64,000 nucleotides of DNA, taken from contig NW_027117344.1 in NCBI RefSeq assembly GCF_038025025.1, positions 1,240,001-1,304,000 of the forward strand. Direction: 5' to 3'. Below are positions 28,577 to 41,400 of the stretch, one piece after another. The position numbers and the translations under genes are program-made. Numbering within the stretch: position 1 is the stretch's first letter; the number at the start of each line of letters is the position of its first letter. Under the pieces are notes generated by a model that was not told where the DNA came from, did no database searches, and saw only the letters and a list, made by a program, of their open reading frames with translations. This DNA comes from Phyllosticta citribraziliensis (taxonomy: Eukaryota).

Positions 28577-28935
28577 ATGGCGCCTCAAGACTCCCGGAAA
28601 ACCTCTCAACAGGAGAAGGAGCTGGAGGAATCGTTCGAGCAGATTGACGAGCTCGAGATGCAAGAAATCCGGCGTCAGGACGAATGCGAGCCTTTCGAGA
28701 CCATCTCCGACGCCGAGGCTCAGGAGGTGCGAGCAGAAGAGCGCAGCGATAGGTAAAATCTCTGGGGAGCAAGGCCAAGCAAGCTCTTCTTCCAAAGAAG
28801 GACCCGACTCCGGAGGAGCTCCACTGCCCCTGCTGGAGCGTTCCCGAGGGCGGCTGGAGGTACTGCTTTGTCGAATCGCATGTGCGGGCGGCTATCAAGC
28901 GCATCGAAGAAGGCCCCAAGACGCAGCCCAGGTAG
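28577..28935 (+). pseudogene. Family A copy 2, frameshifted (or sequencing indel)
   Basis: accaccATG MAPQDSRK..EESFEQIDELEMQEIRRQDECEPFETISDAEAQEVRAEERSDR* (stop 28754-28756); another frame from 28753 continues VKSLGSKAKQALLPKKDPTPEELHCPCWSVPEGGWRYCFVESHVRAAIKRIEEGPKTQPR*. Confidence 0.7.
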
Positions 28936-29943
28936 ACCGACTCTATTAAGCCCAAAGGGTCCCCAGTGCTATTTTGATGGGGGCTCGATGGCCATAATCA
29001 ACAATTTCCCTGACTTCATGTTTATGTTGAGATGCTTTGAGTGTGAGAAGTGACAAATACCATAATGAAATCCTCCTTTCAACCTCCTTGAATGGATAGC
29101 TCTTTTTCTGTTTCTTACCCCTGAAATGTCAAGTCATTTCCAGAACTGGTTGTGAAAGCCATTCCATACGCAAGAGCAGATTTAGAGGGAAAGGTAGAAT
29201 AGTCATGCCATTCGACGAACTGTAACCAGGGAGCATCCGAGCGGTGTCAAGTCCCCTTGAGCAACATGGAATGGGAGGATTCGGCCATACACCAAAGAGT
29301 GGCTTTGTTCATGCTATTCTTTGAGGCGAGATCCTGAAGTCGATGGCTCATCATTATCCTCAAACAATGCTGCACAAATTAGACTGAACCACGCTCCATT
29401 GAGCCAGCGTTGTTCGCACAAGTTGGATTCTTTGTGTTTACCCCTGACCATCCGACTTGCAGTAGTCATCTCTCACACATCAATATCTCCTTCCGCTGAT
29501 GTCGACGATCCTTATCGGTACCTTGGACCAATGCCAGATTTCACAATTTTTATGTGGTCGGCGTCGCCAAAGAGCCCACCTGCCGGTTGGAGAGAGAAGT
29601 CACCTGGGAAGGAAGGACGAAGCCCGCCGAGACGATCCACTCATGGACATCCACCATGTCAACCTCCCACCTCCCACACTCATTGTCTTCCACAAATCTC
29701 ATTGCCATCGCTATCACATCCATCCATTCGCTACGTTAGCAAACGCAAGAGCATTCCGAATCAACCACTCAATCACTTCGGCGCAGAGGCTTAAAAGAGC
29801 CTTTGACGACTTCCAAACTACTTCCAAGTGTTCCAGGATCCTGCTCCACGCACGAAACGCGACCAGGCACAAGGGGACATGTACGTGCGAAGCCACTGTC
29901 GACATGCTCTGCGCAGTCAGCTCAGAAGACCCCAGCAGCCAAG

Positions 29944-30591
29944 ATGTCGAGCCCGTCGGGCAGGTCGCGCTCGTCGAGCTCGTCGAGCGTTTGCTCGGAA
30001 ATGATGCATAGTATCATCCTCGACCCCGATCAAAAGCCAGACTTCCTGGTGGACCAGGACTACGACTTCGTCGAGTTATCCGACGGCGACACGCTTCTCG
30101 GCTCCTCCACTGACGACGACGACGACGACGGCCAGCCTGACAAAGAAAGCGACAAGAAGCGGCGGAAAGACACCACAAAATCGGAGAAGTATGATGTCCA
30201 AGCCCACAAGCCCGTCAAGTCCAGCAGCAACAGCAAGCAGCTTCTCCCCTCCTCATCCTCTACCACCGAGTGGGACGCCGCGACCGACGCGGAAAACACG
30301 GCATCTAAGTGGGCCGGCGTCTTCCACGGCATTGGCAGCCTCACAGCAGAAAGCGACGACTTCGACCACATCGACGCAACCGAGGCGCAGGACGCCACAG
30401 TCGACGAGCGCACGGCACGGATCGAAAAGGCAATGGCGATACAGCGACGCAGGAACGAGCTGCGCAGAATCGCGCCGGCGCCCGAGCAGATTGGGTGTCC
30501 TTGTCTCACCGGTGGGAGGGATGGCTGGAAGGGGTGCCGAGTTCCAGCGCACGTGGAGTTGGGCAGGCTGACGATGGAAAATATTCGCTGA
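29944..30591 (+). CDS. Family A copy 3 (longer, acidic and disordered)
   Basis: MSSPSGRSRSSSSSS..DQDYDFVELSD..SDDFDHIDATEAQD..APAPEQIGCPCLTGGRDGWKGCRVPAHVELGR; shares the C-terminal Cys/His motif with copies 1 and 2. Confidence 0.75.
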   Translation: MSSPSGRSRSSSSSSVCSEMMHSIILDPDQKPDFLVDQDYDFVELSDGDTLLGSSTDDDDDDGQPDKESDKKRRKDTTKSEKYDVQAHKPVKSSSNSKQLLPSSSSTTEWDAATDAENTASKWAGVFHGIGSLTAESDDFDHIDATEAQDATVDERTARIEKAMAIQRRRNELRRIAPAPEQIGCPCLTGGRDGWKGCRVPAHVELGRLTMENIR

Positions 30592-31205
30592 GAAAGTGCA
30601 GATTTGAAGGGGAGTGCCAGGGGTTGCGGCTCGACTCGGATTTGGGTGTCCATCTCGCCAGGCTGCGCAGGAGTCGTCTTTCGTTTGCGCGCTTGCTTAG
30701 TTCGCAGGGCTTTATACCACGAGAGACGCTTTGAGAGAATGGATCGTCGCATTGGATGATTCGGGATTTTACCTCGAGCACATGCCGTCCAGGCTTGATG
30801 ACAAAAGTCGTGGCATACACGACAAGAGGTGAAAGATAGGGGAGCATTCGTAGGCTTTGACTGTTGATTTACGTTGGTCATTGAAGCCACTTCAACTAGA
30901 GACCATCGTACTAGAGCTAGAGAGCATATGAGTGTCGCAAGGGGCATTTACAGGGAGCATTCAAGCCCCCATCCACAAAGCCTCTGATGCAATCATGGCT
31001 TCCGCAAGTCAAAGTCCATGAATGGGCATCGTTTCTGTCTCTTATAGATGGTTGGGTGCTTTGAAGGACTCTAGTACAGAAGCCTGAACTCTCTTTGTTA
31101 GCCACCCGTCAAAGTGTATGATTGCTGCTTCTCTGTGGCTAACTTGGTGTAGTGTGACACTCCCTAGTCTTCTATCCTGGCTAGTTACGGTAGGCTGAAT
31201 GCTCC

Positions 31206-33432
31206 TCATTCATCCTCATCCTCGTCATCACTCCCGAAGATGGCCTTGAAGACCTCATCACCCGCCCTCTGCGCCTCCAGCGCTTCGTTCTTTTCGACAT
31301 CAACCGGCGCATGAGTTGGCAAGCCCACCGCACCCGCAGGGGACGCTTCTTCGCCGACAGGAGCAGCAGCAGATTTGGCGGTCTGCGCCGTCCGAAACGC
31401 AGCAGGAGCATCCCGCAGCATGTCATGGATGGCCGAGTCGGGGATGATGGTGAGGTCGCGCGGGACAGCGGCCGACGATGTGGCAGCGTCGGAATGCTTC
31501 TGCTGCTGCGTCGATTGGTCCGGCTGGACGTTTGACGGCGGCTTGACATTGAAGCGCTTGCAGACCAAGCGGGTCGGGAAGAAGGGCTTGACCTGCCGTG
31601 TCAGAGGGCCGTACATGCCGAGGCGGGCGGCCTGCTCGGCCGGGTCGACAGGAGGCGTCGCCGGCTTGCTGAGGAGGTGGTCCTTTTCCTTCGTCGACTC
31701 GCCCGAACTCGAGGCTGGTTGTGACGACGAAGAGACGAAGCGCGCGGCCATCAGGCCGCTGATGGGCTTGAAGACGTTGGCAGCCTGGGCGAATTCGTTG
31801 AGCTCGCGAACCCACTCGTCAACCGTCACGCCCGCGGGGCGTTCGGGGAGCGCGTCGGCCTGCCCTGCCTTGAGCTCAAGAAAGGCGCGGTAACGAGCGC
31901 GCTTCTGCGCGTCTTCGGCATAAGGCATCCACCCGCTCGTACCGCGATTCAAGGCCGCAGCTGCAATCGATGCATCCAATGCAGGTACGAGGTTCCACAG
32001 CGTTTTGCGCTTCTCGGCATCCGTCTGCTGGGATCCCTCGAAGAACTCGCCGCGCGCGGCGGGTAAGTTATTTTTGCCGGTGGCGGCGGCTATGCGCTCT
32101 CGCGCGGCGGGACTGAGAAAGTCGAATACGGATTTTCCGGGGAGTGCTTGCTCACCGAGAATGGCGGCTCGAGATTTTGCATCCAGCGTGGAGGCTTTTG
32201 CAGCGTCGGCGGTAGATTGGTATGGCGCATCTTCACTCGCCGAAGTCGAACTCTTAGAGCTACTCCAGCCTGGTGGTGGTTGAGGTGGAGCATATTTGCC
32301 ATCGTCGGAAAGAGAGAGCGACTGCGTTGCCAAGACAAATCCATCAAGCGGGAGGCGGCCGTCGTGGCATTTCCGAAAGCCATCAGTCTTTTTACTCTGT
32401 GTCTTTTTTGAGATGAAAACAGGCTTCGTGCCAAGAAGGGGGTTGGCAGAGGCTCCCGATGGCTTAACCTTCTTTTTGGGCTTCTTGTCTCCACCCAAGA
32501 CCCGATTGTAGGAAATTTTGGGACCCATCTCGTAAGGATCCTCCTCATCCGAGCCAGTATCGTTCAAGATACCAACACCAAAGCCACCGCGTTTTGCAGC
32601 CTTTGGGGCTTTTGGTTTGGTTTTCAAAGATCCATTGGAGCTGTTGTCCTCGTCGTCTTCGTCGTCTTTATTCTTGCCGGCCGCATCGACGTTAGACAAG
32701 CGTGCTTCGCCTTCATAGCCCAATCCTTTGTGATCATTTTTGCGGACAAAGGTAATCATGGGCGAGTGTTCAGGCGCGAAGAGATGGGTTTGCTGGTCCG
32801 AGTCTGCATGGGCGGCGTCGTCTGGATCCAGGCGAGCTTTCCGGCGCACTTTGGGGCCAACTCCCTGACCCATCTTCCAGCCCATTTTTTGCAAAAGCTT
32901 GACGCCCATGGTCTCGCCTGTTGTCTTGACCAAACCGAGAAGGGCATCTCGTTTCGACAGGTCGTCCCCGGTGGAACCCAAGCCTGCAAAGTCTCCAGCG
33001 GTCTCGATTTTGCGGGCTTCTTCGGCATCAGCCAAGTCCTCGTCGTCCATGTAATCCTCCGGTCTTTGTTGCTGGGGATTCTTCTGGTCTTTGTGCCTGT
33101 TTGTGCGCGAGGACACAAAGGTGGCAGGCTTCCATCCCTCCTTGGATCCTACAGTATTGAAGTAGCTAGACTAGATGGTAGTTACTGCTCTGACCTTTGG
33201 AGACAATAGGGACACGAGCTTACCCTGCGCTAAAGCCACCAGTGAATGCGCCATGGAGACGCTTCCGGCCGCGTTCATCAGTGACCTCTTGCTTCCAAAG
33301 TGGGACGTATGATCCGTCATCGCGGGTGTTTTCGTCGAGGGGAGGTAGCGGGGTGCCGAACAGGGCGTAAGGCGACTCGTGGCTCTGCAGGTCGGCCTCG
33401 AAGGTGGCGCGCGAGCGTTTGTAGTAGGACAT
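31206..33432 (-). CDS. G-patch domain protein (GPATCH1/TGH-like, DUF1604 N-terminus)
   Basis: [50 protein letters not shown]-patch [20 protein letters not shown]-terminal [11 protein letters not shown]; intron 33223-33166. Confidence 0.92.
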
Positions 33433-33958
33433 GGCGATGGCTAGGTGTCGCGGGCGATGATGTGCAAGGACGCATTGACCGCGGGGAGATGGCGGGGTCC
33501 AGGTGTGGGTGTGGGCGTGGGCGTGGGCGTGAGCAGAGAGGAGAGAGGTGGCATGGTGCAGTGGAGGAGGGAGGTGTCGTCGAAAATGCCGGCAGTCGGC
33601 GCCCTCGCAGCGGGAGAAACGCGGCGCGTCGGAAACGAACAAATAACGACTGTAGTGGTTACTGCTGTGCGAGTATGTAGCAATTTGCCAAGTGGGCGGA
33701 CGCGGTGATGGGGTTTCGAGACCCCTGCAAGACTCGCCGTCAGTTAATGGACGGCAGGGATGGCGAGGTGGGCACGACGTTGACAAGATTTTGGCTTGCA
33801 ATGTCACTGTCAGTCAGTTGCGCTGGTGGCTGTCTGGCTGGCACTGGCCGGCTGGCTGGCTTCAGCACCCACTGCACAGGAACAGGCGGGCGGTGGACTT
33901 CACAATCATCTCGTCCCGTCTCTGTCCGCTCGTCCTCCCATCACCTACCCGTCCATCC

Positions 33959-34155
33959 CATCCATCCATCCATCCATCCATCCATCCAGCCATCCACTCA
34001 GGCGGCGGCGGTACACATCTGCATCTCCGCTGTCCTAATTTCCCATTTCCAGTGCTGCCGAAACATTGTTGCCTCTGTCTCGCTCGCGTCGCCCCGTCCC
34101 GTGTTTGGTCCAGTCCTCCGTCCTCCGGCTCCCTCTCTCTCTCTCTCTCTCTCTC
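33959..34155. repeat. Microsatellites (CATC)n and (CT)n in the divergent G-patch/KIN1 intergenic region
   Basis: CATCCATCCATC run ~33959-33985; CTCTCT run ~34133-34155. Confidence 0.9.
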
Positions 34156-34680
34156 AGGTCCCGTCGTCCAGCTCCCTCTGCAGCCCGAAACACCACCATC
34201 ACCATCAACGCAACTCTTACGCTGCATCTCTTCGTCCTCGTATCGCACGCGTCCGGCAGTCTCGTCGCCTTGCCGCCGCCGCTCGCTGGTCCGCTGCACC
34301 GCTGCCACCTGGCGCCGGCCTTGTACGTAAGCACGGCATTGCGCATGACAGCTTCCGACGCCTAAACAGCTTCGGGCCTCCTCTCCACGTTCCAGGTCGC
34401 AAGCAAACAGACGCGCCCCTCCGACTCCCCTACTCGCTCCGTCTGCGTCCCGGTCCCCGTTTCGCCGTCGACTCCAAACATCCCGTCCAACCCGTGCCTT
34501 TGAAATACCACACCATTCGCAAACGGCCTGCCAGCCGCCGACCGTCAATCGGCGCGTCACTGTGCGGCCCACTTCTTGTGCCGCTGATCTACCCCCCATA
34601 GTGGTTCATGCACCCTCCTCCAACCCTGCGTTAAGCCTTCACTCCGCCCTCATCGCCTGCTTCTCCTTGGCCCCGACATC

Positions 34681-37600
34681 ATGTCCTCGCCGGCCGTCGT
34701 CCACAACTCTTCCGCCGCCCGCCCGACGCGTACCCAGTCCACCGCCGTCCGCTCCACCGCAGCTCCCCCGGCAGCTTCTCCCCATCGCTCCCAGTCCCAA
34801 TCGCACGGCCACTCTCGCCCGAGTCACCCGTCACAGCAGGTCCCGCTGGCAAACAATCCGGTCAAGAGGGAATATGATCAAAAGCTTCCCCCGCGTCGAA
34901 GCGAGTCGAGGGACGGCGCCGCTCCTCAGCCCGACCAGCGCAGCAATTCCCACAACAGACACGCTCGTTATGCACCGGACCCTTCGGCGACAGCTGCTAC
35001 AACAAACGGGACCACTGCTGAACCGCCCCGCCATGCACCGCCAACCAATGCTTCGGGCCGCCGGAGGACCACCATAACAGCTCAAACGGGGCAATGGGCT
35101 TTGGGCAAGACAATAGGCGCTGGTAGCATGGGTAAGGTCAAGTTGGCCAGGAACCTCGAAACTGGGGAACAGGTACGTCCAGCCGCTACGTGTGCGTGTG
35201 CGCACTCACAGTAGTACAAAGCTGACCCTTTGCAGGTGGCGGTCAAGATCGTTCCCCGACAGTCCACCGACGAGCACCGTAATCAGGCGGATCGGGAGAG
35301 GGCCGACCATTCCAAAGAAGTGCGCACTGCAAGGGAAGCGGCCATCATGACTCTGGTGAACCATCCTTATATCTGTGGCATGCGGGATGTGGTCCGCACC
35401 AATTATCATTGGTACATGCTCTGCGAGTATGTCAACGGCGGGCAGATGCTGGACTACATCATCTCCCACGGACGCCTAAAGGAAAAGCAAGCGCGCAAGT
35501 TTGCCCGCCAGATTGCGAGCGCGCTCGATTATTGCCACCGGAATAGCATTGTCCACCGGGACCTCAAGATCGAAAACATTTTGATCAGCAAGACGGGAGA
35601 TATTAAGATTATCGACTTTGGGCTCAGCAACCTGTTCTCCCCGAGGAGCCAACTCAAGACTTTTTGTGGCAGCCTGTACTTTGCTGCGCCGGAGCTGCTC
35701 CAGGCCAAGCAGTATACGGGGCCTGAGGTAGACATTTGGAGTTTTGGCATAGTGTTATATGTCCTCGTTTGTGGCAAAGTCCCATTCGACGATCAAAGCA
35801 TGCCTCAACTACATGCCAAAATCAAAAAGGGACATGTAGAGTATCCACCATGGCTTACAGCAGGTAAGATGGATGAGAGAGCGACAAACGAGCGGTGCTG
35901 ACAAGGTTTGTAGAGTGCAAAAATCTCATCTCGAGAATGCTTGTGACGGACCCCAAGCAACGGTCTCCTCTGGCTGAAATCATGTCGCATCCATGGATAA
36001 CCAAGGGCTTCAACTCGTCACCAGAAAATTTCCTCCCTCCCCGGGAACCGCTGCAGCTTCCTCTTGATCCTCATGTCATTGACAAGATGACTGGGTTCGA
36101 CTTTGGGACTCCAGAGTACATCACGGCGCAGCTCACCAAAATCATTCAATCAGAAGAATACCAGGCCGCAGTCCGCATGGCTGCTCAAAGGGCGCAGGAT
36201 AAGAATCCCGAAACCGAGAAGAAGCGAGGAGTCTTTGACTTTTACAAGCGCCGAAATTCCATGAGCCGGGACACTCTCACCAACTCTTCCTCAGAGCAGC
36301 TCGCCGTTGGGGCAGACCCAGTCAATGCTTTTAGCCCGCTAATTTCTGTGTACTTCCTCGTGCGAGAAAAGCAAGATCGCGAGCGAAAGGAAGAAAACCC
36401 AGGTGGCATGAGCATGCCAAAGATGGCCGGAGAGAAGCCTTTCAAGGTCCCCGACCTGGCGCCGCCCGAGGCAGCACACACCAACGCTTCATCGTACGAG
36501 ATGGCTGGTGAAAAGCCAACTGGCGGCCGGTCACGGCCAAGGGCAAGGACTCATGGTGAAGATGAGGTCACAGACGATCTCAAGAAGATGAACTTGAATG
36601 TTCCCAACCCGGCAAACAACACTCCTCCCGCAGTCATTACTCCTCCTAACGATCCTGCACCTCTCAAAAAGGAAAGCACAGCGGCTGGTTTGCTTCGGCG
36701 GTTCAGCACGCGGCGCCACCGCGACCACATATCTCGCGACAGATCACAGCCGCCACAAGGGCCACCCGAAATCAACGAGCAGCCGGCCAAGGAGGGCTTG
36801 GGATTCCCGTTGCGGAGTTTCTCAGTGCGCAAGGCTCGCGACAGGGCCGCTCAGTCACCGTCTCTGCCCCAGGGCGTGAACGACAACTCGGAACAGCCAG
36901 GGCTGCTCGCACCGCCCAGTCCTGGCATCCACGCCACGCAGAGACTCAAGGGACTCGGCAGATCAACCAGCGTCAATTCGGCTGACATGCGCCGCAAGAC
37001 CATTAGACGAGGTGTTTCTGAAGGACATCAAGAACCGCCGCCCACCAGCGGCTCGGACAAGTCGAGTGTTAGTGGAGCGCGCTCAAGGCCAGTGCCCGAC
37101 ACAGCTTCCGAGGAGGTCGCCGTCGGAGCGCCGCCGAGAAGTGCCCCGGCTGTCAGGACCAAATCCCTTGGCCATGCCCGCAGAGAGAGCATCCAAGCTC
37201 GTCGTGCCAGGCGAGAGCAGGCAATCGAAACCAACGTTCCCGAGGAGACAGATCAAGAAGTTGCCGAGGCAAACGACTCTGCCGGGGAAGGTCGCAACTC
37301 GGAGACGATTAAGCCCGTCTATCTCAAAGGACTTTTCAGCGTGTCGACGACAAGCAGCAAGCCTCTTCCCGTGATTCGTGCGGATCTGATCCGCGTTCTC
37401 AAGCAGCTGGGCGTCGAGTATTGGGAAAGCAAGAGCGGGTTCCAATGCCGCCATGCGCCGAGCATCGATGTACCTGGAAACGAAAACGCGCCGAACCCTC
37501 CAACGAGTCCCAATCAAACTCCAAGTGGCAGCCTTGGTCACAGGCGCAAAATCAGCTTTGGATTGAGGGCTTCGGAGCAACGCGAGCGCGACGAGTTCCG

Positions 37601-37913
37601 CGACGCACACAAGGTCCAGACTCCAAGGTCGGCACGTCATGCGCGTCGAGCAGACCCCAGCTACACGAGCGCAGAGGAGTCAGAGGAGAGTGAGCCCAGC
37701 GAGCCCAAGGGAGCGAACCGGTCGCGCCCCGTGGGCGAGACAACAACGCACGTGCAGAGTGACATGGGCGGAAGCATGGTGCTCAAGTTCGAGATTTACA
37801 TTGTCAAAGTGCCTCTGCTCTCGCTGCACGGGATCCAGTTCAAAAAGGTGGATGGAGGCACATGGCAGTACAAGAGTTTGGCGCAAAAGATTTTGGATGA
37901 GCTGCGGCTGTAA
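34681..37913 (+). CDS. KIN1: Ser/Thr kinase Kin1/Kin2 (MARK/Par-1 family, KA1 domain)
   Basis: [48 protein letters not shown]-terminal KA1 [41 protein letters not shown]; introns 35173-35235 and 35864-35913. Confidence 0.96.
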
Positions 37914-38760
37914 TAGCGTGTGGGCTCCGACGTTCGCTGGGTGTACTGTTGAATTTTGCATGGACACCACTCCCAAGAAAGCAGGGCCTCTTCCCCTATG
38001 TATTTGAAACTGGGCGCTCAGCTCAGAGTTGCCACCTGTCACGAATTTCTTTTGTTGGAAATAGGATAGTTTATTGTTCGGTTCTGAGAGGGCATGGTTT
38101 GCCAGGGGCAAAAGGATTTGGCCTCTAATATGGATAGCAACAGCAGTAACTTAGGTGGTAGTGTTTGCGGATGGATTGTTTCTTTGGTGGCAGCGGGGGA
38201 ACTCCATGTTGTGGGGAGCATGTAGACACAATTGAGGCTGTAGATGGATAGATGAAGTGTTGGCCTGGGGAGTAATGATGAAGGTGATTGGCTGCGGCAT
38301 CCATGTGAAGGGCCAGACCCTGCCGTGGGTGAGGTGCGGTCTAATGCGTGCGGTGCGTGCGGTGCCTGCGCGCCATCCATATGTGCGCGACGTCCGCCGT
38401 AGCCTGGCCTGGCCTACGCACGGACCCGGCCAGCAAACTGAAGTGAAGCCACTGCACCCGACTGCACCCAGTGAACCAGAGCTGAGGGACAGACACATCC
38501 GGGCGGCGTCGGGTCAATACCTCTCTAGGCTCGGCATCTACCAAGTCCTCGCCCGTGTCCCGCTACCCACCTACCCTACCTTACCTTGCCTCGAACCAAC
38601 CAACCAACCAACTCTCCACCTCTTCGCTCCCACCCGACCTCGATCACCCCAATTCTAGACCTCGTCACCGCTCCACTCCAACTCCCTCGAGCGCGACGCA
38701 GCAGTCATCCATCCACCTCTCCCTCACACTCATCCAGCAACCCTCTTCAGGCTTTCGACA

Positions 38761-40027
38761 ATGCTGGGCCAACACGTCTTCTCCCACCAGTACCAGCATC
38801 CGCCGACAGACTGGCCCCAGACCCACCACTCCACGCATACCCACCACGCTGCTGCTCAGCAGCACGCTCAGGCTCAAGCCGCCGCTGCCGCCGCCGCCGC
38901 CGCCCAGCAGCAGCACTACAACCGCATCGCCGCGAGCAACAATGCCTCAGCTGCCGCTGGTATGGGTGGAATGGCCGCAGCAGCCCATGATCAGGGCATG
39001 ACGGTCGACCAGGGTGTCAGTGAAGAGAACCGGCGCGTGCTTGAGTGGATCGCGCAGCTGCTGAACCCCGCGACTCGTGAAACCGCCTTGCTCGAACTCA
39101 GCAAGAAGCGCGAGCAGGTACCCGAGTTGGCCTTGATTCTGTGGCATTCGTTTGGTAAGTCGTGTTGGCCGCAAAGCGCCCCTTCCAACAGCCCGCTAAC
39201 TGGCCTCCTCACAGGCGTCATGACCTCCCTGCTCCAGGAAATCATTTCCGTCTATCCTCTGCTCAACCCATCGCAACTCACGGCGGCCGCTTCCAACCGC
39301 GTATGCAACGCTCTCGCTCTACTCCAGTGCGTTGCCTCGCACACTGACACTCGTGGCCTCTTCCTAAGCGGTGCGTCTCAGCCTGACACGGACGAAGAAG
39401 CATGCTCACATCTCAACAGCGCATATTCCGCTATTCCTCTACCCATTCCTCAACACGACTTCCAAGTCCCGTCCGTTTGAGTACCTCCGCCTCACCTCTC
39501 TCGGTGTCATTGGCGCGCTCGTCAAGAACGACTCGTCCGATGTTATCAACTTCCTCTTGACAACCGAGATCATCCCCCTGTGCCTGCGCATAATGGAGAC
39601 GGGCTCTGAGCTGAGCAAAACGGTGGCCATCTTCATTGTTCAAAAGATTCTGCTGGACGACCTAGGACTGGCGTACATCTGCCAGACATACGAGCGCTTC
39701 TACGCGGTTGGGACCGTCCTTTCGAACATGGTCAACCAGCTGGTTGAACAGCAGACTGTCCGTCTGCTGAAGCATGTCGTTCGTTGCTTTCTCAGGTACC
39801 TTTTTCTTTTGCAGCATTGTGTGTCAAGGCTAACAATTTGCAGGTTGAGTGACAATGCCCGCGCACGCGAAGCGCTGCGCCAATGTCTACCAGAGCCACT
39901 GCGGGACGCGACCTTTTCCTCCGTCTTGCGCGACGATGCCGCGACTAAGCGTTGCCTCGCGCAACTTCTCATCAATCTCTCTGACAACGTCGTCGAGGCT
40001 ACCAACAATCAAGGACTACTTCATTGA
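38761..40027 (+). CDS. RCD1: CCR4-NOT subunit Rcd1/Caf40 (CNOT9)
   Basis: [77 protein letters not shown]; introns 39155-39214, 39371-39419, 39796-39843; His/Ala/Gln-rich N-terminus. Confidence 0.96.
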
Positions 40028-41400
40028 GACAGCTGGTCGATACCGATCGCGTCACTTTGATTTCGTCCTCGGCGATTGATTCGCTGCTGTTGTGCTTCTA
40101 CGCAAAGAAACATAGACACGCTTCCATTCTGCCACCCTGACGACATGTTCTCCATTCTTTCCGCAGCGCCTGGGCGACCCGTCGTCACGCACATCCCTAG
40201 TTCAACACGACGTGAACGATAACCGATTACGACCAAGGACCCCCAAGGCCGTTGGATCATGGAGTCAGCTTACAGCCAAAGAGGCTTCGGATCTTGCAGC
40301 GGGGTATGTTGCTGCCTGCTTTAATTTACGAACCACCATTTCACCGGAAGCATTCGTCGGGCTCTTTTTCTTATTGACGGTCTTAGTCAGCTGAGCCGCT
40401 CTTTTCTGCCCGTTCTCGATGATTCGAAATTTCTTCTTGTGGCATATCGCGAGCGTCTCTCCTCGGTTCATCCGAGGAAGGAGGGTCGGCCCATTTTCAT
40501 CTGATGCCAAACGAGCCCCGAGTTTTCTTTTTCCTTTTCTCTCTCTCCAACACAAAAAGCATGGGATGGAGGGGTTGGCGAATGTGTGTGTACTTGCAAG
40601 CATCGGGACATGGAGTTTTTTGCGCGGAACGGGCAACGGGAAAGTCACTGGAAACTTCTCAAAGGCGTTTTTGCACGGAACAATGAGCGAAACGGGCGGC
40701 GTGGCTGCTGAGCGGGTGCTACCAGTTGGATCCTTTTCCTTCGTGATTCATGGGAGGACGAGTTCAGTATGACCCGTCTCATCCCTTTTTCATCTCTTCG
40801 ACTTTCACCACCATACCCGTTTGACGCTGAGAGAGCCATCCTTATGCCCATACATATACCTTTCTCTTCCAGTGCGTTGAGGGCATGAATTATGGCGTCT
40901 GGCTTGAATTTGCTTTCTCCACGAAAAATAATGACCTCTCCCTTGTTCCTTCAACTGAAGTGATATGTTCTAGCCCAGCGACTCGACCCAGGGTGCTGTA
41001 ATTCACCATAGCATCATGTGTGAGACTAGGAGGCAGCCACCTCATATCAACGGCAACAGGGGCAGACATCATGGGCGCATCCAGGGCGCTGTGAACTCTT
41101 CCAACACCAGCTATGCCTCTTCGCCTCCGTTCGTGAGCATCTCAGCATCTGGCATCACTTGAATACGCCATGCGCAGCAATTGGGGATACCAGCAAGGTC
41201 AGAAGCCAAGCTGGTGGCAATTTACGACTAAAATGTTCTAACATTTTTGACTCGAGGACCCGCTTGAACGCTCACGATCTACACTAGCGATGCACCCAGA
41301 CGCCAACACCAGCCCATCTTTGAGAGGAGATTCATTACCATTCTTTCATGCAGATGAGGACCATTCACGAGACCTCAGTGCGGAGCGACGAGGAACCTCA

